From assembly GCA_036394755.1 (NCBI GenBank), contig DASWEL010000006.1, positions 4,475-68,474 of the forward strand: DNA of 64,000 nucleotides. The letters run 5' to 3'. Of the stretch, positions 17,940 to 27,384 are shown piece after piece. A program made the position numbers and the translations under genes. The notes under the pieces were generated by a model. That model did not search any database. It saw only the letters and a program-made list of their open reading frames with translations, and was not told the origin of the DNA. This DNA is from Gemmatimonadales bacterium. GTDB lineage: Bacteria > Gemmatimonadota > Gemmatimonadetes > Gemmatimonadales > GWC2-71-9. Each line of letters opens with the position of its first letter. The first letter of the stretch is position 1.

Positions 17940-18536
17940 TCATTGAATCAGGTAAACCACGGTAAAGATCACGATCCACACGACGTCCACGAAGTGCCAG
18001 TACAACCCCGTGATCTCGACCGTGAGGGCCTGCTTTGGCCCCAACTTCCCGCGTAAGGCCTGGATCCAGAGCGTCAGCAGCCAGATCACACCCACGGTCA
18101 CGTGCGCACCGTGCGTCCCAGTCAACACGTAGAACGTCGAGCCGAACAGGTTCGTGGTGAGGCCGAGTCCCTCATGCAAGAAGTGGCTGAATTCCCAGAA
18201 CTGGCCTCCCAAAAAGACGAGGCCCAGCAGCGCGGTGACCAGCAGCCACAGCTTGCCCTGCTTCATGTCGCCGCGCTGGACCGCCGCGAGCGCGAGCACC
18301 ATCGCGAGACTCGACATAAGCAGGTCGAACGTGCTGAACGACGTGAACGGGATATTGAGAATCTCGTGCGGATACGGCCCGACGAGGCTTCTTCCCTTGT
18401 AGACCAGATAGGTCGCGATCAGCGAGCCGAAGAGCAGGCATTCCGAGCCGATGAAAGCCCAGAACGCCATCTTGCGGCTGTCCACCCCCATGCTCGTACG
18501 GTGCGCTTCGTGCGCGTGTGCAGATCCGTGTGTCAT
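17940..18536 (-). CDS. ctaE: Cytochrome c oxidase subunit III.
   Basis: 'FWAFIGSECLLFGSLI', 'TGTHGAHVTVGVIWL' and 'YWHFVDVVWI'. Confidence 0.9.
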   Translation of the reverse strand: MTHGSAHAHEAHRTSMGVDSRKMAFWAFIGSECLLFGSLIATYLVYKGRSLVGPYPHEILNIPFTSFSTFDLLMSSLAMVLALAAVQRGDMKQGKLWLLVTALLGLVFLGGQFWEFSHFLHEGLGLTTNLFGSTFYVLTGTHGAHVTVGVIWLLTLWIQALRGKLGPKQALTVEITGLYWHFVDVVWIVIFTVVYLIQ

Positions 18537-20330
18537 CTACATCTCGAAGGGCTCATAGGCCCAGCGGTAGATGCCGACGATGACGACCGCCGCGCCGGCG
18601 AGGACGATGGGGATCAGGTGCGCAAGCGCACCGATCGCGATGATCGGCAAGCCGAGGGCCGTGATCATGGGCCACCAGGACCCGCCCGGCACGTGAATCG
18701 GCGCCGGCGGCTCGGCGGGGAGCGCCGCCATCGGCGCGTGGCGCTCGGTCTGCCATAGCGGGAGCCGGCTCGCCACGGTGGGAATCACCGTGAAGTTGTA
18801 CACCGGCGGGGGCGAAGACATCGCCCATTCCAGGGTGGCGCCTCCCCACGGATTGGCAGGCGCATTCGCCGGCCGCCAGCGGGTGCGCAGCAGATTCCAG
18901 AAGAAGATCAGGGTGGCGATGCCGATGAGAAACGCGCCAATGGTCGAGAGTTGATTGAACCGGGCGACGCCCAGCTCGGCGGGATAGGTGTAAATCCGCC
19001 GCGGCATACCGAGCAAGCCGGAGACGTGCATCGGGAAGAACGCCAGGTTCATCCCGATCATCGTGAGCCAGAAGTGTACTTTCCCCAGACCCTCCGATAG
19101 AAACCGACCTGTCATCTTCGGCCACCAGTAATACATCCCCGCGAACAACCCAAGGACCGTCCCGCCGAACAGGACGTAATGGATATGGGCGACCACATAG
19201 TAAGTATCGGTCTGCTGCAGATCCGACGGCGCCGACGCGTGGGTCACGCCCGACAGCCCACCGATGATGAACATGGCGATGAAACCGACCGCGAACAGCA
19301 ACGACGTGGTGAACCGGATCTGACCACCCCAAAGTGTGCCGATCCAGTTGAAGATCTTCACCCCGGTGGGGATCGCGATGAGCATCGTCGTGCCGGCAAA
19401 CACCGAATCGGCGATCGGGCCCAGCCCGGTCGAGAACATGTGGTGGCTCCACACGCTCCAGCCGAGGAACGCGATCACCACGCCCGAGTACACGACGACG
19501 GTGTAGCCGAACAGCGGCTTCTTGGAAAATGTCGGCAAGACCTCCGACACGATGCCCATCGCCGGCAGGATGAGGATGTAGACCTCGGGATGGCCGAACA
19601 TCCAGAACAGATGCTGCCACAGGATCGGATCACCGCCGCCCGCCGGCAGGAAGAAATGCGTGCCGAAGAAGCGGTCGAACATCAGCAGTACGAGCGCGAC
19701 CGTGATCACCGGGAACGCCGTGATGACGAGGAACTGCGTGACGAGCGTCATCCATGTGAATACCGGCAGGCGCAGCATGCGCATGCCCGGCGCCCGCATG
19801 TTGAGAATCGTCACGACGAAGTTGAAACCGGCGGCGAGCGAAGCGATCCCGAGGATCTGCAAGCCGAGCAGCCAGAAATCGACGTTCGGGCCCGGCGAAA
19901 ACTGCCGGGAGGTGAGGTTGGCGTACCCGAACCAACCGGCATCGGGCGCGACCGACAGCCGATCGGCGCCGAACAGCGGCCCGGCGATGAAACTCGCGTT
20001 CAAGAACAGGCCGCCCAGCAGGAAGACCCAATAGCTGAATGCATTCAGCCTCGGGAATGCGACGTCGCGCGCGCCGATCTGGAGGGGAATGATGAAGTTG
20101 AAGAACGCGGCCGAGAGCGGCATCAGCGCGAGAAACACCATCGTCGTGCCGTGCATCGTAAAGAGCTGATTGAACGTCTCGGCGCTCACGCCGAGGCCAC
20201 CATCCGGCCGAATCAGCTGCGCGCGGATGATGAGCGCCTCCAGCCCGCCGATCATGAAAAAGCCGAACGACGTCCAGAAATAGAGCAGCCCGATGCGTTT
20301 ATGATCGGTGGTGGTCAGCCAGCTCTTCAT
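18537..20330 (-). CDS. ctaD: Cytochrome c oxidase subunit I (heme-copper oxidase).
   Basis: 'TTDHKRIGLLY', 'WMFGHPEVYILILP' and 'VAHIHYVLFGG'. About 12 or more TM helices. Confidence 0.97.
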   Translation of the reverse strand: MKSWLTTTDHKRIGLLYFWTSFGFFMIGGLEALIIRAQLIRPDGGLGVSAETFNQLFTMHGTTMVFLALMPLSAAFFNFIIPLQIGARDVAFPRLNAFSYWVFLLGGLFLNASFIAGPLFGADRLSVAPDAGWFGYANLTSRQFSPGPNVDFWLLGLQILGIASLAAGFNFVVTILNMRAPGMRMLRLPVFTWMTLVTQFLVITAFPVITVALVLLMFDRFFGTHFFLPAGGGDPILWQHLFWMFGHPEVYILILPAMGIVSEVLPTFSKKPLFGYTVVVYSGVVIAFLGWSVWSHHMFSTGLGPIADSVFAGTTMLIAIPTGVKIFNWIGTLWGGQIRFTTSLLFAVGFIAMFIIGGLSGVTHASAPSDLQQTDTYYVVAHIHYVLFGGTVLGLFAGMYYWWPKMTGRFLSEGLGKVHFWLTMIGMNLAFFPMHVSGLLGMPRRIYTYPAELGVARFNQLSTIGAFLIGIATLIFFWNLLRTRWRPANAPANPWGGATLEWAMSSPPPVYNFTVIPTVASRLPLWQTERHAPMAALPAEPPAPIHVPGGSWWPMITALGLPIIAIGALAHLIPIVLAGAAVVIVGIYRWAYEPFEM

Positions 20331-21310
20331 TTCAAGCTCTGGAGATAGGCTACAACCGCATCGAGGTCCTGGGGCGACAGATTCTGCGGCGGCATCAGCG
20401 CGCCGGGCTTGAGCGACGGCGCATTCATGATCCAGCGGTGCAGCATTTCACTGGTATTGGGGAACAACGCGCCCGCGATGGTCGCGCGGCCCCCGACGTG
20501 GCTCAAATCAGGACCAACTTTGCCTTGCGCGATGCCGGCAATCGTATGGCAGCCGATGCACGCGCTGCGCCGGAAGACCTGCTGCCCGGCTTCGGCGGGT
20601 GAGCCCTTCGCCGGCGTCGCCGGCGCCGCACGCTGCTGATCCACCCACCGCTGGAACATGGAGTCCGACTGCACGAACACGCGGAGTCGCATGTTGGCGT
20701 GCGAGGCGCCGCAGAACTCCGCGCATTGGCCCCAGTACTCGCCGGTCGAGTCGGCGCGGAAGGCGATGCGATTGGTGCGTCCCTGGATGAGATCCCGTTT
20801 GCCGCCCAGCCGCGGCACCCAGAAGCTGTGGATCACGTCTGCCGACGTCATTTCGAGCTGAATCGGCGTCCCTATCGGTAGGTGCAGCTCATTGTACGCG
20901 CTGATGTTCAAGGTCGGGTACCGGTATTCCCACCACCACTGGTGACCGATGACCTCCACCCGCAGCGCGCCTTCGGGAGCGTGCCCCGCCGTCGCGAAAA
21001 TCGCGCGCATCGTGGGAACGGCGATGAAGACGAGGATCAGCGCGGGCGCGAGTGTCCACCCGATCTCGAGCGCGGTGTGGCCGTGCACGGGCTTGGCCTC
21101 GGCTGCACCGCGGCGCGCGCGATAGCGCGCGAGCGCGATCAACAGCAACGACTCGACGATGACAAAGACGGCGACCGCCCACCAGAAAATGCCTTGGAAG
21201 AGCCCCGCCAGCTGGGTGCTGAAATCGGAGCGGGGAGCGAACACCGATTGCGGAAATTGCCCGCTGCACGCGGTGAGAAAGAGCAGGAGGAGAGCTAGTA
21301 CAAACCGCAC
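20327..21310 (-). CDS. ctaC: Cytochrome c oxidase subunit II with a fused C-terminal cytochrome c domain (caa3 type).
   Basis: CuA site 'HSFWVP' and 'CAEFCGASHANM'. Heme c motif 'CIGCH' near the C-terminus. N-terminal lipobox-like 'LLFLTAC'. Confidence 0.93.
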   Translation of the reverse strand: MRFVLALLLLFLTACSGQFPQSVFAPRSDFSTQLAGLFQGIFWWAVAVFVIVESLLLIALARYRARRGAAEAKPVHGHTALEIGWTLAPALILVFIAVPTMRAIFATAGHAPEGALRVEVIGHQWWWEYRYPTLNISAYNELHLPIGTPIQLEMTSADVIHSFWVPRLGGKRDLIQGRTNRIAFRADSTGEYWGQCAEFCGASHANMRLRVFVQSDSMFQRWVDQQRAAPATPAKGSPAEAGQQVFRRSACIGCHTIAGIAQGKVGPDLSHVGGRATIAGALFPNTSEMLHRWIMNAPSLKPGALMPPQNLSPQDLDAVVAYLQSLK

Positions 21311-21350
21311 GGCGTCAAAGTAGATGGCGCCCCACAGCGCGTCAACGCGA

Positions 21351-22052
21351 CTAGTTCGGCGGCGTGCCGCCCGGTAATCCCGGCATCGCGACCGGGGTCT
21401 CGGTAATGGATGATTTGGCGTCTGTTCCCTGCCCCGTCAGTTGTATCACCGCACCGTCCTTCAGGACCGCTTTCACCATCGAGAATTGGATGTCTGGCTG
21501 CAGCCAGACCTCGGACACCATCTGCGACGCTGCATTCCGCATGTGCAGGGCGCGGAACTCACCTCCGGGAACCGTGACAAGCTCCCATCCCACGACCTCC
21601 ATCGCCTGACACTGGCGGGCGAGATCGGCTGCGATGTTCATCCCGGGTGAGGAGTTCACCATCTGGATCATCTGTGCGGGCATTTTCATCGCAGGTTGGT
21701 CCCCGCTCTTCATCACGATGCTGCGCACGCTTCCCACCCCGATCCCCGACACCAACATCTGCATGATCATTTTGTCCCTGGGCCGTTTGGGATCGGCGAA
21801 CGAGACTTCGTACCAGTAGTAGGTCGTACCCTCCTGAGGCTCCTTACCGACGACCGCCATCCGCATCGTGCTGCCGTTGCTCGAGCCACCGGTCCAGGTG
21901 TAGGTCGACCACGTTCCTACGGCGAGCGTGCGGTTCTGCACCTGGCTGCAGACTTTGTCCTTGTCTTGTGATGCCTGTCCGGCCGCGGGACGGGTGAAGA
22001 CGGCGGCACCGAGGGCGACCGCGAGGACGATGGAAGAGCGGGTGCGAACCAT
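21351..22052 (-). CDS. Secreted methionine-rich hypothetical protein.
   Basis: Signal peptide 'MVRTRSSIVLAVALGAAVFTRPAAGQ'. Met clusters 'DKMIMQMLV' and 'PAMKMPAQMIQMVNSSPGM'. The start was trimmed to 22052 because the track's extension to 22280 runs antisense through a tRNA. Confidence 0.6.
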   Translation of the reverse strand: MVRTRSSIVLAVALGAAVFTRPAAGQASQDKDKVCSQVQNRTLAVGTWSTYTWTGGSSNGSTMRMAVVGKEPQEGTTYYWYEVSFADPKRPRDKMIMQMLVSGIGVGSVRSIVMKSGDQPAMKMPAQMIQMVNSSPGMNIAADLARQCQAMEVVGWELVTVPGGEFRALHMRNAASQMVSEVWLQPDIQFSMVKAVLKDGAVIQLTGQGTDAKSSITETPVAMPGLPGGTPPN

Positions 22053-22120
22053 GATGTGGCTCCAGAAGCTGGACAGGGACGACAACAGGACCCGGGAAAG
22101 ATACATTTCGCACACGGTTC

Positions 22121-22202
22121 GCGACCGTGGCGGAATTGGCAGACGCGCCAGCCTTAGGAGCTGGTGGGGCAACCCGTGGGGGTTCGAGTCCCTCCGGTCG
22201 CA
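22121..22202 (+). tRNA. tRNA-Leu, anticodon TAG, class II with a long variable arm.
   Basis: Acceptor stem GCGACCG/CGGTCGC plus discriminator A. D-arm 'GGCGGAATTGGCAGACGCGCC', anticodon loop 'CTTAGGA', long variable arm and T-arm 'GGGGGTTCGAGTCCCTC'. CCA is not encoded. Confidence 0.9.
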
Positions 22203-22212
22203 TCCTAACTCC

Positions 22213-22288
22213 CGTGCGTCGTGCGTGGTACGTCGTGCGTCGGGACCTTCGCGACCCGCCACGTACGACGCACGACGCACGACGCACG
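22213..22288. repeat. Hairpin built from inverted tandem heptamer arrays, (CGTGCGT)x4 and (ACGCACG)x4.
   Basis: Left arm 22213-22240: cgtgcgt cgtgcgt ggtacgt cgtgcgt. Right arm 22261-22288: acgtacg acgcacg acgcacg acgcacg. The spacer is 20 nt. It lies between tRNA-Leu and tig. Confidence 0.75.
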
Positions 22289-22305
22289 ATTAGATTTCGC
22301 GCAAC

Positions 22306-23556
22306 ATGCCCGACACCATTCTCGTCAAGAAAACCCGCGCCGAGCCTGGCGAAGCGTCGCTAGAAGTAACGATCCCGCCCGACAACGTGAAGGCGGCCGA
22401 GGAGCGCGCGACGAAGGCCTATCAGCAGCGCGCCCGTCTCCCCGGGTTCCGTCAGGGCAAGGTGCCTGCTGCCGTCGTGCGGAAGAAATTCGCCGATGAC
22501 ATCCGGCAGGAAACGCTGCGCGAGCTGGTGCAGGAGAGCTGGCGCGTCGCGCAGAAGCAGGAAGAGCTGAAACCGATCGCCGACCCCCACATTCACAACC
22601 TGAAGTGGGAAGAAGGCGCCCCCGTCACGTTCGAGTTTCATGTCGAACTGAAGCCCGACTTGAAGCTGCAGCGCCTGGGCGGCTTCCGGCTCACGCGGAC
22701 CGTACCCGCGGTCAGCGCCGCGCAGGTCGACGCCCAGCTCACCGCGATGCGCGAGCAGCGCGCGCCCTGGACGCCGGTCACGGGCGAGAAGCCGAAGCCC
22801 AAGGATCTCGTGGACGTGATCATCGCGACGCGGGAGAACGGTGCGGTCAAAGATCCGCAGCCCTACCAGTTCGTGCTGGGCGAGGGCCGGGCCATTCCAG
22901 ACGTCGAAGAGCGCGTCATGAACCTGACGCCGGGCGAATCGCTCGATGCCACGGTGCGCTTTCCCGATGACTTCGCGGAAGAAGCCAAGCGAGGCCAGAC
23001 GCGCGACATCCAGCTCACACTCCGGGAAGTGAAGCGTCAGGAGGTCGCGACGCTGGACGATGCCTTCGCGCGGGAGATGGGAGATTTCGAGTCGCTCGAC
23101 GCGCTCCGCACGGCGATCGCCACGGACCTCGGTAAGGAAGCCGAGCGGGACGCCGACGCCAAGGTCCGCTCGGAGCTGGTCGAGCAGATCGTGCAGGCGA
23201 ACAACGTCATTGCGCCGCGCCCGCTGGTCGAGCGCGTGCTGGGGATGTACGCGCAGGCGTACGAGATCCCCGAGGAGCGCTGGCCGAAGTTCGCCGAGGA
23301 GTTCCGCTCGATCGCCGAGGCGCAGGTCCGGCGCGACCTCGTGCTCGACTACGTCGTCGAGTCGCAGAATCTGCGCGCCACCGAAGGCGAGCTGGATGAG
23401 CGCATTCAGCAGCTCGCCGAGCGGCGTGGGACGCCGGCGGCGCAGCTGTATGCGTCGCTGGAGAAGGCCAAACGGCTCCGCGATGTCGCGCGGAGCATCA
23501 CCGAGGAGAAGGTGTTCGCCTATCTCCTGTCGCAGTCCACCGTGGAGCAAGCGTGA
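22306..23556 (+). CDS. tig: Trigger factor.
   Basis: Ribosome-binding signature 'PGFRQGKVP'. Typical length (416 aa) and conserved tig-clpP-clpX order. Confidence 0.93.
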   Translation: MPDTILVKKTRAEPGEASLEVTIPPDNVKAAEERATKAYQQRARLPGFRQGKVPAAVVRKKFADDIRQETLRELVQESWRVAQKQEELKPIADPHIHNLKWEEGAPVTFEFHVELKPDLKLQRLGGFRLTRTVPAVSAAQVDAQLTAMREQRAPWTPVTGEKPKPKDLVDVIIATRENGAVKDPQPYQFVLGEGRAIPDVEERVMNLTPGESLDATVRFPDDFAEEAKRGQTRDIQLTLREVKRQEVATLDDAFAREMGDFESLDALRTAIATDLGKEAERDADAKVRSELVEQIVQANNVIAPRPLVERVLGMYAQAYEIPEERWPKFAEEFRSIAEAQVRRDLVLDYVVESQNLRATEGELDERIQQLAERRGTPAAQLYASLEKAKRLRDVARSITEEKVFAYLLSQSTVEQA

Positions 23557-24185
23557 CGAAGAGCGAAAGCCACATCTATCCCCCGTACATCATCGAGCGC
23601 TCGAGCCGTGGCGAGCGCACCTACGACATCTTCAGCCGCCTGCTGATGGATCGGATCGTGTTCCTCGGCACGTCCATCACCGACGATGTCGCCAACATCA
23701 TCATCGCCCAGCTGCTGTTTCTCGATGCCGACAACCCGGAACGAGACATTTACCTGTACGTGAATTCCCCAGGTGGGCTCGTTTCCTCCGGCATGGCGAT
23801 CTACGACACGATGCAGTTCCTGCGGGCCCCCGTGAACACGATCTGCATGGGCATGGCGGCCTCGATGGGCTCCTTCCTGCTCACCGCCGGACGCAAGGGG
23901 AAGCGCTCGGCGCTGCCGCACGCCCGGATCATGATGCACCAGCCCTCCGGCGGCACGCAGGGCACGGCGTCGGACATCGAGATCCAGGCGCGGGAGATCC
24001 TGTTCCTGCGCCGCAAGCTCAACGAGCTGTATGCCAAGCATACCGGCAAAACCGTCGAATCGATCGAAAAGGACATGGACCGCGACCGCTTCATGTCGGC
24101 GGAAGAGGCCAAAGAGTACGGTTTGATCGATCACGTGATCTCGAACTTCGAGGAAATCAAGGAAGACGGGAAGGCAAAGAAGTGA
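23553..24185 (+). CDS. clpP: ATP-dependent Clp protease proteolytic subunit ClpP.
   Basis: '[16 protein letters not shown]', active Ser in '[11 protein letters not shown]' and His in 'MMHQPSGG'. The GTG start overlaps the tig stop. Confidence 0.97.
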   Translation: MTKSESHIYPPYIIERSSRGERTYDIFSRLLMDRIVFLGTSITDDVANIIIAQLLFLDADNPERDIYLYVNSPGGLVSSGMAIYDTMQFLRAPVNTICMGMAASMGSFLLTAGRKGKRSALPHARIMMHQPSGGTQGTASDIEIQAREILFLRRKLNELYAKHTGKTVESIEKDMDRDRFMSAEEAKEYGLIDHVISNFEEIKEDGKAKK

Positions 24186-24226
24186 TCCCTTGCGCCGCTA
24201 GAAGCGCCTTCCCATACTAGGATACG

Positions 24227-25477
24227 ATGTCCCACGACAAGCATCTCCGCTGCTCGTTTTGCGGTAAATCGAAGGATTCAGTCCGGAAGTTCATCTCCGG
24301 GCCGTCCGTCTATATCTGCAATGAGTGCATCGCGCTTTGCAATGAGATTCTGGCGGAGGACGAAGAGCGCGAAGTCGCCGAAGCCATCACGCAGGTCCCC
24401 ACGCCTGCCGAAATCAAGGATGTGCTGGACCAGTACGTGATCGGGCAGGACCGCGCCAAGAAGACCCTCGCCGTCGCCGTCTACAATCACTACAAGCGGA
24501 TCAATTCGCACTCGGGCCGCGATAACGAGGTCGAGCTCGACAAGAGCAACATCCTGTTGATTGGCCCGACGGGGGTCGGCAAGACGCTCCTGGCGCAAAC
24601 GTTGGCCCGAATTCTGGACGTGCCGTTCACGATTGCCGACGCCACCACCCTCACCGAGGCTGGCTACGTCGGTGAGGACGTCGAAAACATCCTCGTGCGC
24701 CTGCTGCAAGCCGCCGATTTCAACGTTTCCGAGGCCGAGCGGGGCATCGTCTATATCGACGAGATCGACAAGATCGCGCGCAAGTCAGAAAACCCCAGCA
24801 TCACGCGCGACGTCTCGGGCGAAGGTGTGCAGCAGGCGCTGCTCAAGATTCTGGAAGGCACAGTCGCGAGCGTGCCGCCGCAGGGCGGCCGCAAGCATCC
24901 GCAGCAGGAATACATCCAGGTCAACACCAAGGACATCCTGTTCATCTGCGGCGGCGCGTTCGACGGGCTCGAGAAGATCATCGAATCCCGCACAGGCCGG
25001 CGCCAGATCGGCTTCACCAAGGAAGAGGTGGCTGAAGGTGTCGCCGAGAAGCTGAAGAAGAATCCGTTCCAAGACGTCGAGCCGGACGACTTGCTGCGCT
25101 ACGGCCTCATCCCCGAGCTGGTCGGCCGCCTCCCGGTCACCGTGCCGCTCGACGCGCTCGACGAGGAGGCATTGGTCAAGATCCTCACCGAGCCCAAGAA
25201 CGCGCTCGCCAAGCAGTACCAGAAACTGTTCGATCTCGAGGACGTGCGGCTGACGCTCGAGAAGGACGCGCTCAAGGCGATCGCGGCGAAGGCGATGAAG
25301 CGCGGCACCGGCGCGAGAGGGTTGCGCGCCATCCTCGAAGAGATGATGACCGAGATCATGTTCGAGCTGCCGAGCCGCGATGACGTGCGCGAGGTGGCCA
25401 TTACCGCCGAATGCGTCACGTCCGGCCGCGCGCCGCTCCTCGTCACCGAGCGCCCCCGCCAGAAGAAAGAAGCCTGA
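24227..25477 (+). CDS. clpX: ATP-dependent Clp protease ATP-binding subunit ClpX.
   Basis: Zinc finger 'CSFCGK...CNEC', Walker A '[11 protein letters not shown]', '[10 protein letters not shown]' and 'GARGLR'. Confidence 0.97.
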   Translation: MSHDKHLRCSFCGKSKDSVRKFISGPSVYICNECIALCNEILAEDEEREVAEAITQVPTPAEIKDVLDQYVIGQDRAKKTLAVAVYNHYKRINSHSGRDNEVELDKSNILLIGPTGVGKTLLAQTLARILDVPFTIADATTLTEAGYVGEDVENILVRLLQAADFNVSEAERGIVYIDEIDKIARKSENPSITRDVSGEGVQQALLKILEGTVASVPPQGGRKHPQQEYIQVNTKDILFICGGAFDGLEKIIESRTGRRQIGFTKEEVAEGVAEKLKKNPFQDVEPDDLLRYGLIPELVGRLPVTVPLDALDEEALVKILTEPKNALAKQYQKLFDLEDVRLTLEKDALKAIAAKAMKRGTGARGLRAILEEMMTEIMFELPSRDDVREVAITAECVTSGRAPLLVTERPRQKKEA

Positions 25478-26124
25478 GCGACCCTCGCTACATCGGCTCG
25501 TTTCCACGCGCTGATGTGTTGCTCGATCCTCCACTTCCCGAAGTCGCGTTCGTCGGCCGCTCCAATGTCGGCAAGTCTTCGCTGCTCAATGCTCTTGTAG
25601 GGCGACGGATCGCAAAGATCTCCGGCACGCCGGGGAAGACCCGGGCGTTGAATGTCTTCCTAATTCCAAACCTGGGGAGTGAGGAGTGGGGAGTGGGAGC
25701 TTCCGGGGCGCACCGTCGCGAACCACTCCCCACTCCCCACTCCCTGTATTTTTTGGACCTGCCCGGGTATGGATACGCACGGGCGGGCAAAGCACAGCGA
25801 GCCGCGTTCCGGGGATTGGTGAAGCACGCCTTGCGACGCGAGCGGTTGCGTGGCGTGGTCTGGCTGCTCGACATCCGGCACGCGCTGTCCACGGACGACG
25901 AGGCGATGCAGGACGCCCTCGCGGAAGAAGCAACGCAAGTGCTCGCAGCCCTCACGAAAGGGGATAAGCTTTCTTCAGGCAAACGCAGCACGAGAGAGCG
26001 CGAGCTGCGCGAAGAGCTGGGGCTGCTGGAGGATCAGGTGACGGTGACGAGCGCGAAAACCGGCGAGGGCATCGCCGATTTGCAGGAAGCGATTGCGGGA
26101 CTGGTTTCAGGAGTGGTGCAGTGA
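25411..26124 (+). CDS. engB: Ribosome-biogenesis GTPase EngB/YsxC, carrying an in-frame repeat insertion. The start is uncertain, because the 25411 ATG overlaps clpX by 67 nt.
   Basis: G1 '[12 protein letters not shown]', G3 'DLPGYGYA', G4 'TKGDK' and the conserved N-terminal 'PEVAFVGRS' context. Confidence 0.85.
   Translation: MRHVRPRAAPRHRAPPPEERSLSDPRYIGSFPRADVLLDPPLPEVAFVGRSNVGKSSLLNALVGRRIAKISGTPGKTRALNVFLIPNLGSEEWGVGASGAHRREPLPTPHSLYFLDLPGYGYARAGKAQRAAFRGLVKHALRRERLRGVVWLLDIRHALSTDDEAMQDALAEEATQVLAALTKGDKLSSGKRSTRERELREELGLLEDQVTVTSAKTGEGIADLQEAIAGLVSGVVQ
25674..25744. repeat. Palindromic element with heptamer-array arms, (GGAGTGR)x3 and (CCACTCC)x3, located inside the engB reading frame.
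   Basis: Left arm ggggagtgaggagtggggagtgggag at 25674-25699. Right arm ccactccccactccccactccc at 25723-25744. The loop is 23 nt. Confidence 0.8.
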
Positions 26125-26699
26125 TCATCGCATTGCTGGTGTGTCTCATTGCACAGGATACGGTGCCTGCCGGTTACGGCACGCTCCACCGCGACGATAT
26201 CGCCGTCCGCCTCGCGACGGGCACCATCGAGGTCCAGGTGCTGCCGCTCGACGAGCAGGTGATCCGCCTGTTGGCTCCCGACACCTACCACTCGCTCACA
26301 GAGCTCGTCCGCAGTCGCGCCGCGGATCTCACCGATGCTGCCGCCCGCGGATCGACGCAGAATCCGACTCTGGTGATGGTGACATTTCTTGGAGTGGTGC
26401 CACAGGCGCGATTCAATCCGGAGGAGCTGACCATCACGAGCCGCGGCCGCCTGTTTCGCCCCATCGGGATCGTGCCGCTCTCGCCCACCTGGAGCTCATT
26501 TCAGCTCGATGCACGGCAGCAGGCGGCCGCGATCTACCTCTTCGATCCCGGCATCAGCTTCGCCGAACAGCTGACCGTCAGCTACCAGGGCCTGTCCAGC
26601 GATGTCTGGAGCCACTCGCTGCGCCTGCTCGATCAGGAACGCGCGCGGGTCAGGGCCCGCGCGCAGGTGGGAGCGAAACACGATTCTGGAGACCTGTAG
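26121..26699 (+). CDS. Hypothetical protein with an N-terminal hydrophobic signal or anchor.
   Basis: The GTG start overlaps the engB TGA (GTGA). The ORF has coding-like GC3 bias. I recognise no family. Confidence 0.45.
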   Translation: MIIALLVCLIAQDTVPAGYGTLHRDDIAVRLATGTIEVQVLPLDEQVIRLLAPDTYHSLTELVRSRAADLTDAAARGSTQNPTLVMVTFLGVVPQARFNPEELTITSRGRLFRPIGIVPLSPTWSSFQLDARQQAAAIYLFDPGISFAEQLTVSYQGLSSDVWSHSLRLLDQERARVRARAQVGAKHDSGDL

Positions 26700-27384
26700 C
26701 CCACCGCACGCCCGTCGAGTCCGCACATATCACATGCATCCCCTGCGCCACCGCGAGGGCGCGGTCGCACCCCAGCGCGAGCAGCGCCGCCGCCCAGGCG
26801 CTTGCCGTCAGACCGTCCCCCGCCAGCACCGTCACCGAGCGTGCCGCGCCGCGCGGCGCATTGCGCTGCGACGCGGTCCGCACTGAGCCGCCTTGTAGAT
26901 CGACAACCGCCAGCGTGCGCAGCGTGTTGTCGGGATCGGGAATGCCGACCGCCCGGTGTGTCGGACGCGCGGGCGGCGCGTGCGGCCCTACCCAGAGGTA
27001 CTGGCCGCCCAGGTCCAGCAGCGCGCTGTCCACCACATTGGCGAGCGCCAACGCCGCGCGATCGAGCGCATATCCAGGAGCGATGCTGTCGGCCACGAGT
27101 GCGATACCGGTGCGCCGAAGAATCTCGCGCCGCACGGCATCGAGTGCGGCGATCGATACGTGCCGTTGGAGCAGTGAGTCGATGTGATCGACGGAATCGC
27201 GCGCCGCATCCAGGGTGCGCGCAACGCGCGTGCTATCCGTTCCCCACGCGGCGGCGGACATCATCGTCCCCAACTCGGGCCATACGCGCGAGACACCGGG
27301 GCGCGCTTCGGCGTCGCACGCCGCGAGGCTCAAGCACAGCAGAAGATTGATTCTCAAGATGTATAGTTGAATATAGATGCCCAT
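26650..27384 (-). CDS. apbE: FAD:protein FMN transferase (ApbE family) lipoprotein. An alternative TTG start at 27357 gives 'MRINLLLCLSLAAC'.
   Basis: Lipobox 'LSLAAC'. ApbE-like 'IAPGYALDRAA', 'LLDLGGQ' and 'TASAWAAALLALG'. The upstream part of track ORF 26650..27603 would overlap the divergent kinase gene. Confidence 0.75.
   Translation of the reverse strand: MGIYIQLYILRINLLLCLSLAACDAEARPGVSRVWPELGTMMSAAAWGTDSTRVARTLDAARDSVDHIDSLLQRHVSIAALDAVRREILRRTGIALVADSIAPGYALDRAALALANVVDSALLDLGGQYLWVGPHAPPARPTHRAVGIPDPDNTLRTLAVVDLQGGSVRTASQRNAPRGAARSVTVLAGDGLTASAWAAALLALGCDRALAVAQGMHVICADSTGVRWATGLQNRVSLPPARGP

Noticed and set aside
22053-22280. N-terminal extension of the Met-rich protein ORF (track start at 22280), plus the other small ORFs at 21844..22287 and 21928..22293.
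   Set aside because: They run antisense through tRNA-Leu (22121-22202) and the heptamer hairpin. The internal ATG at 22052 yields a proper signal peptide.
22121-22305. tRNA-Leu as an integration site for a genomic island or prophage.
   Set aside because: No integrase, no direct repeat of the tRNA 3' end, and the flanking genes (oxidase operon, tig-clpPX) are core housekeeping genes with uniform composition.
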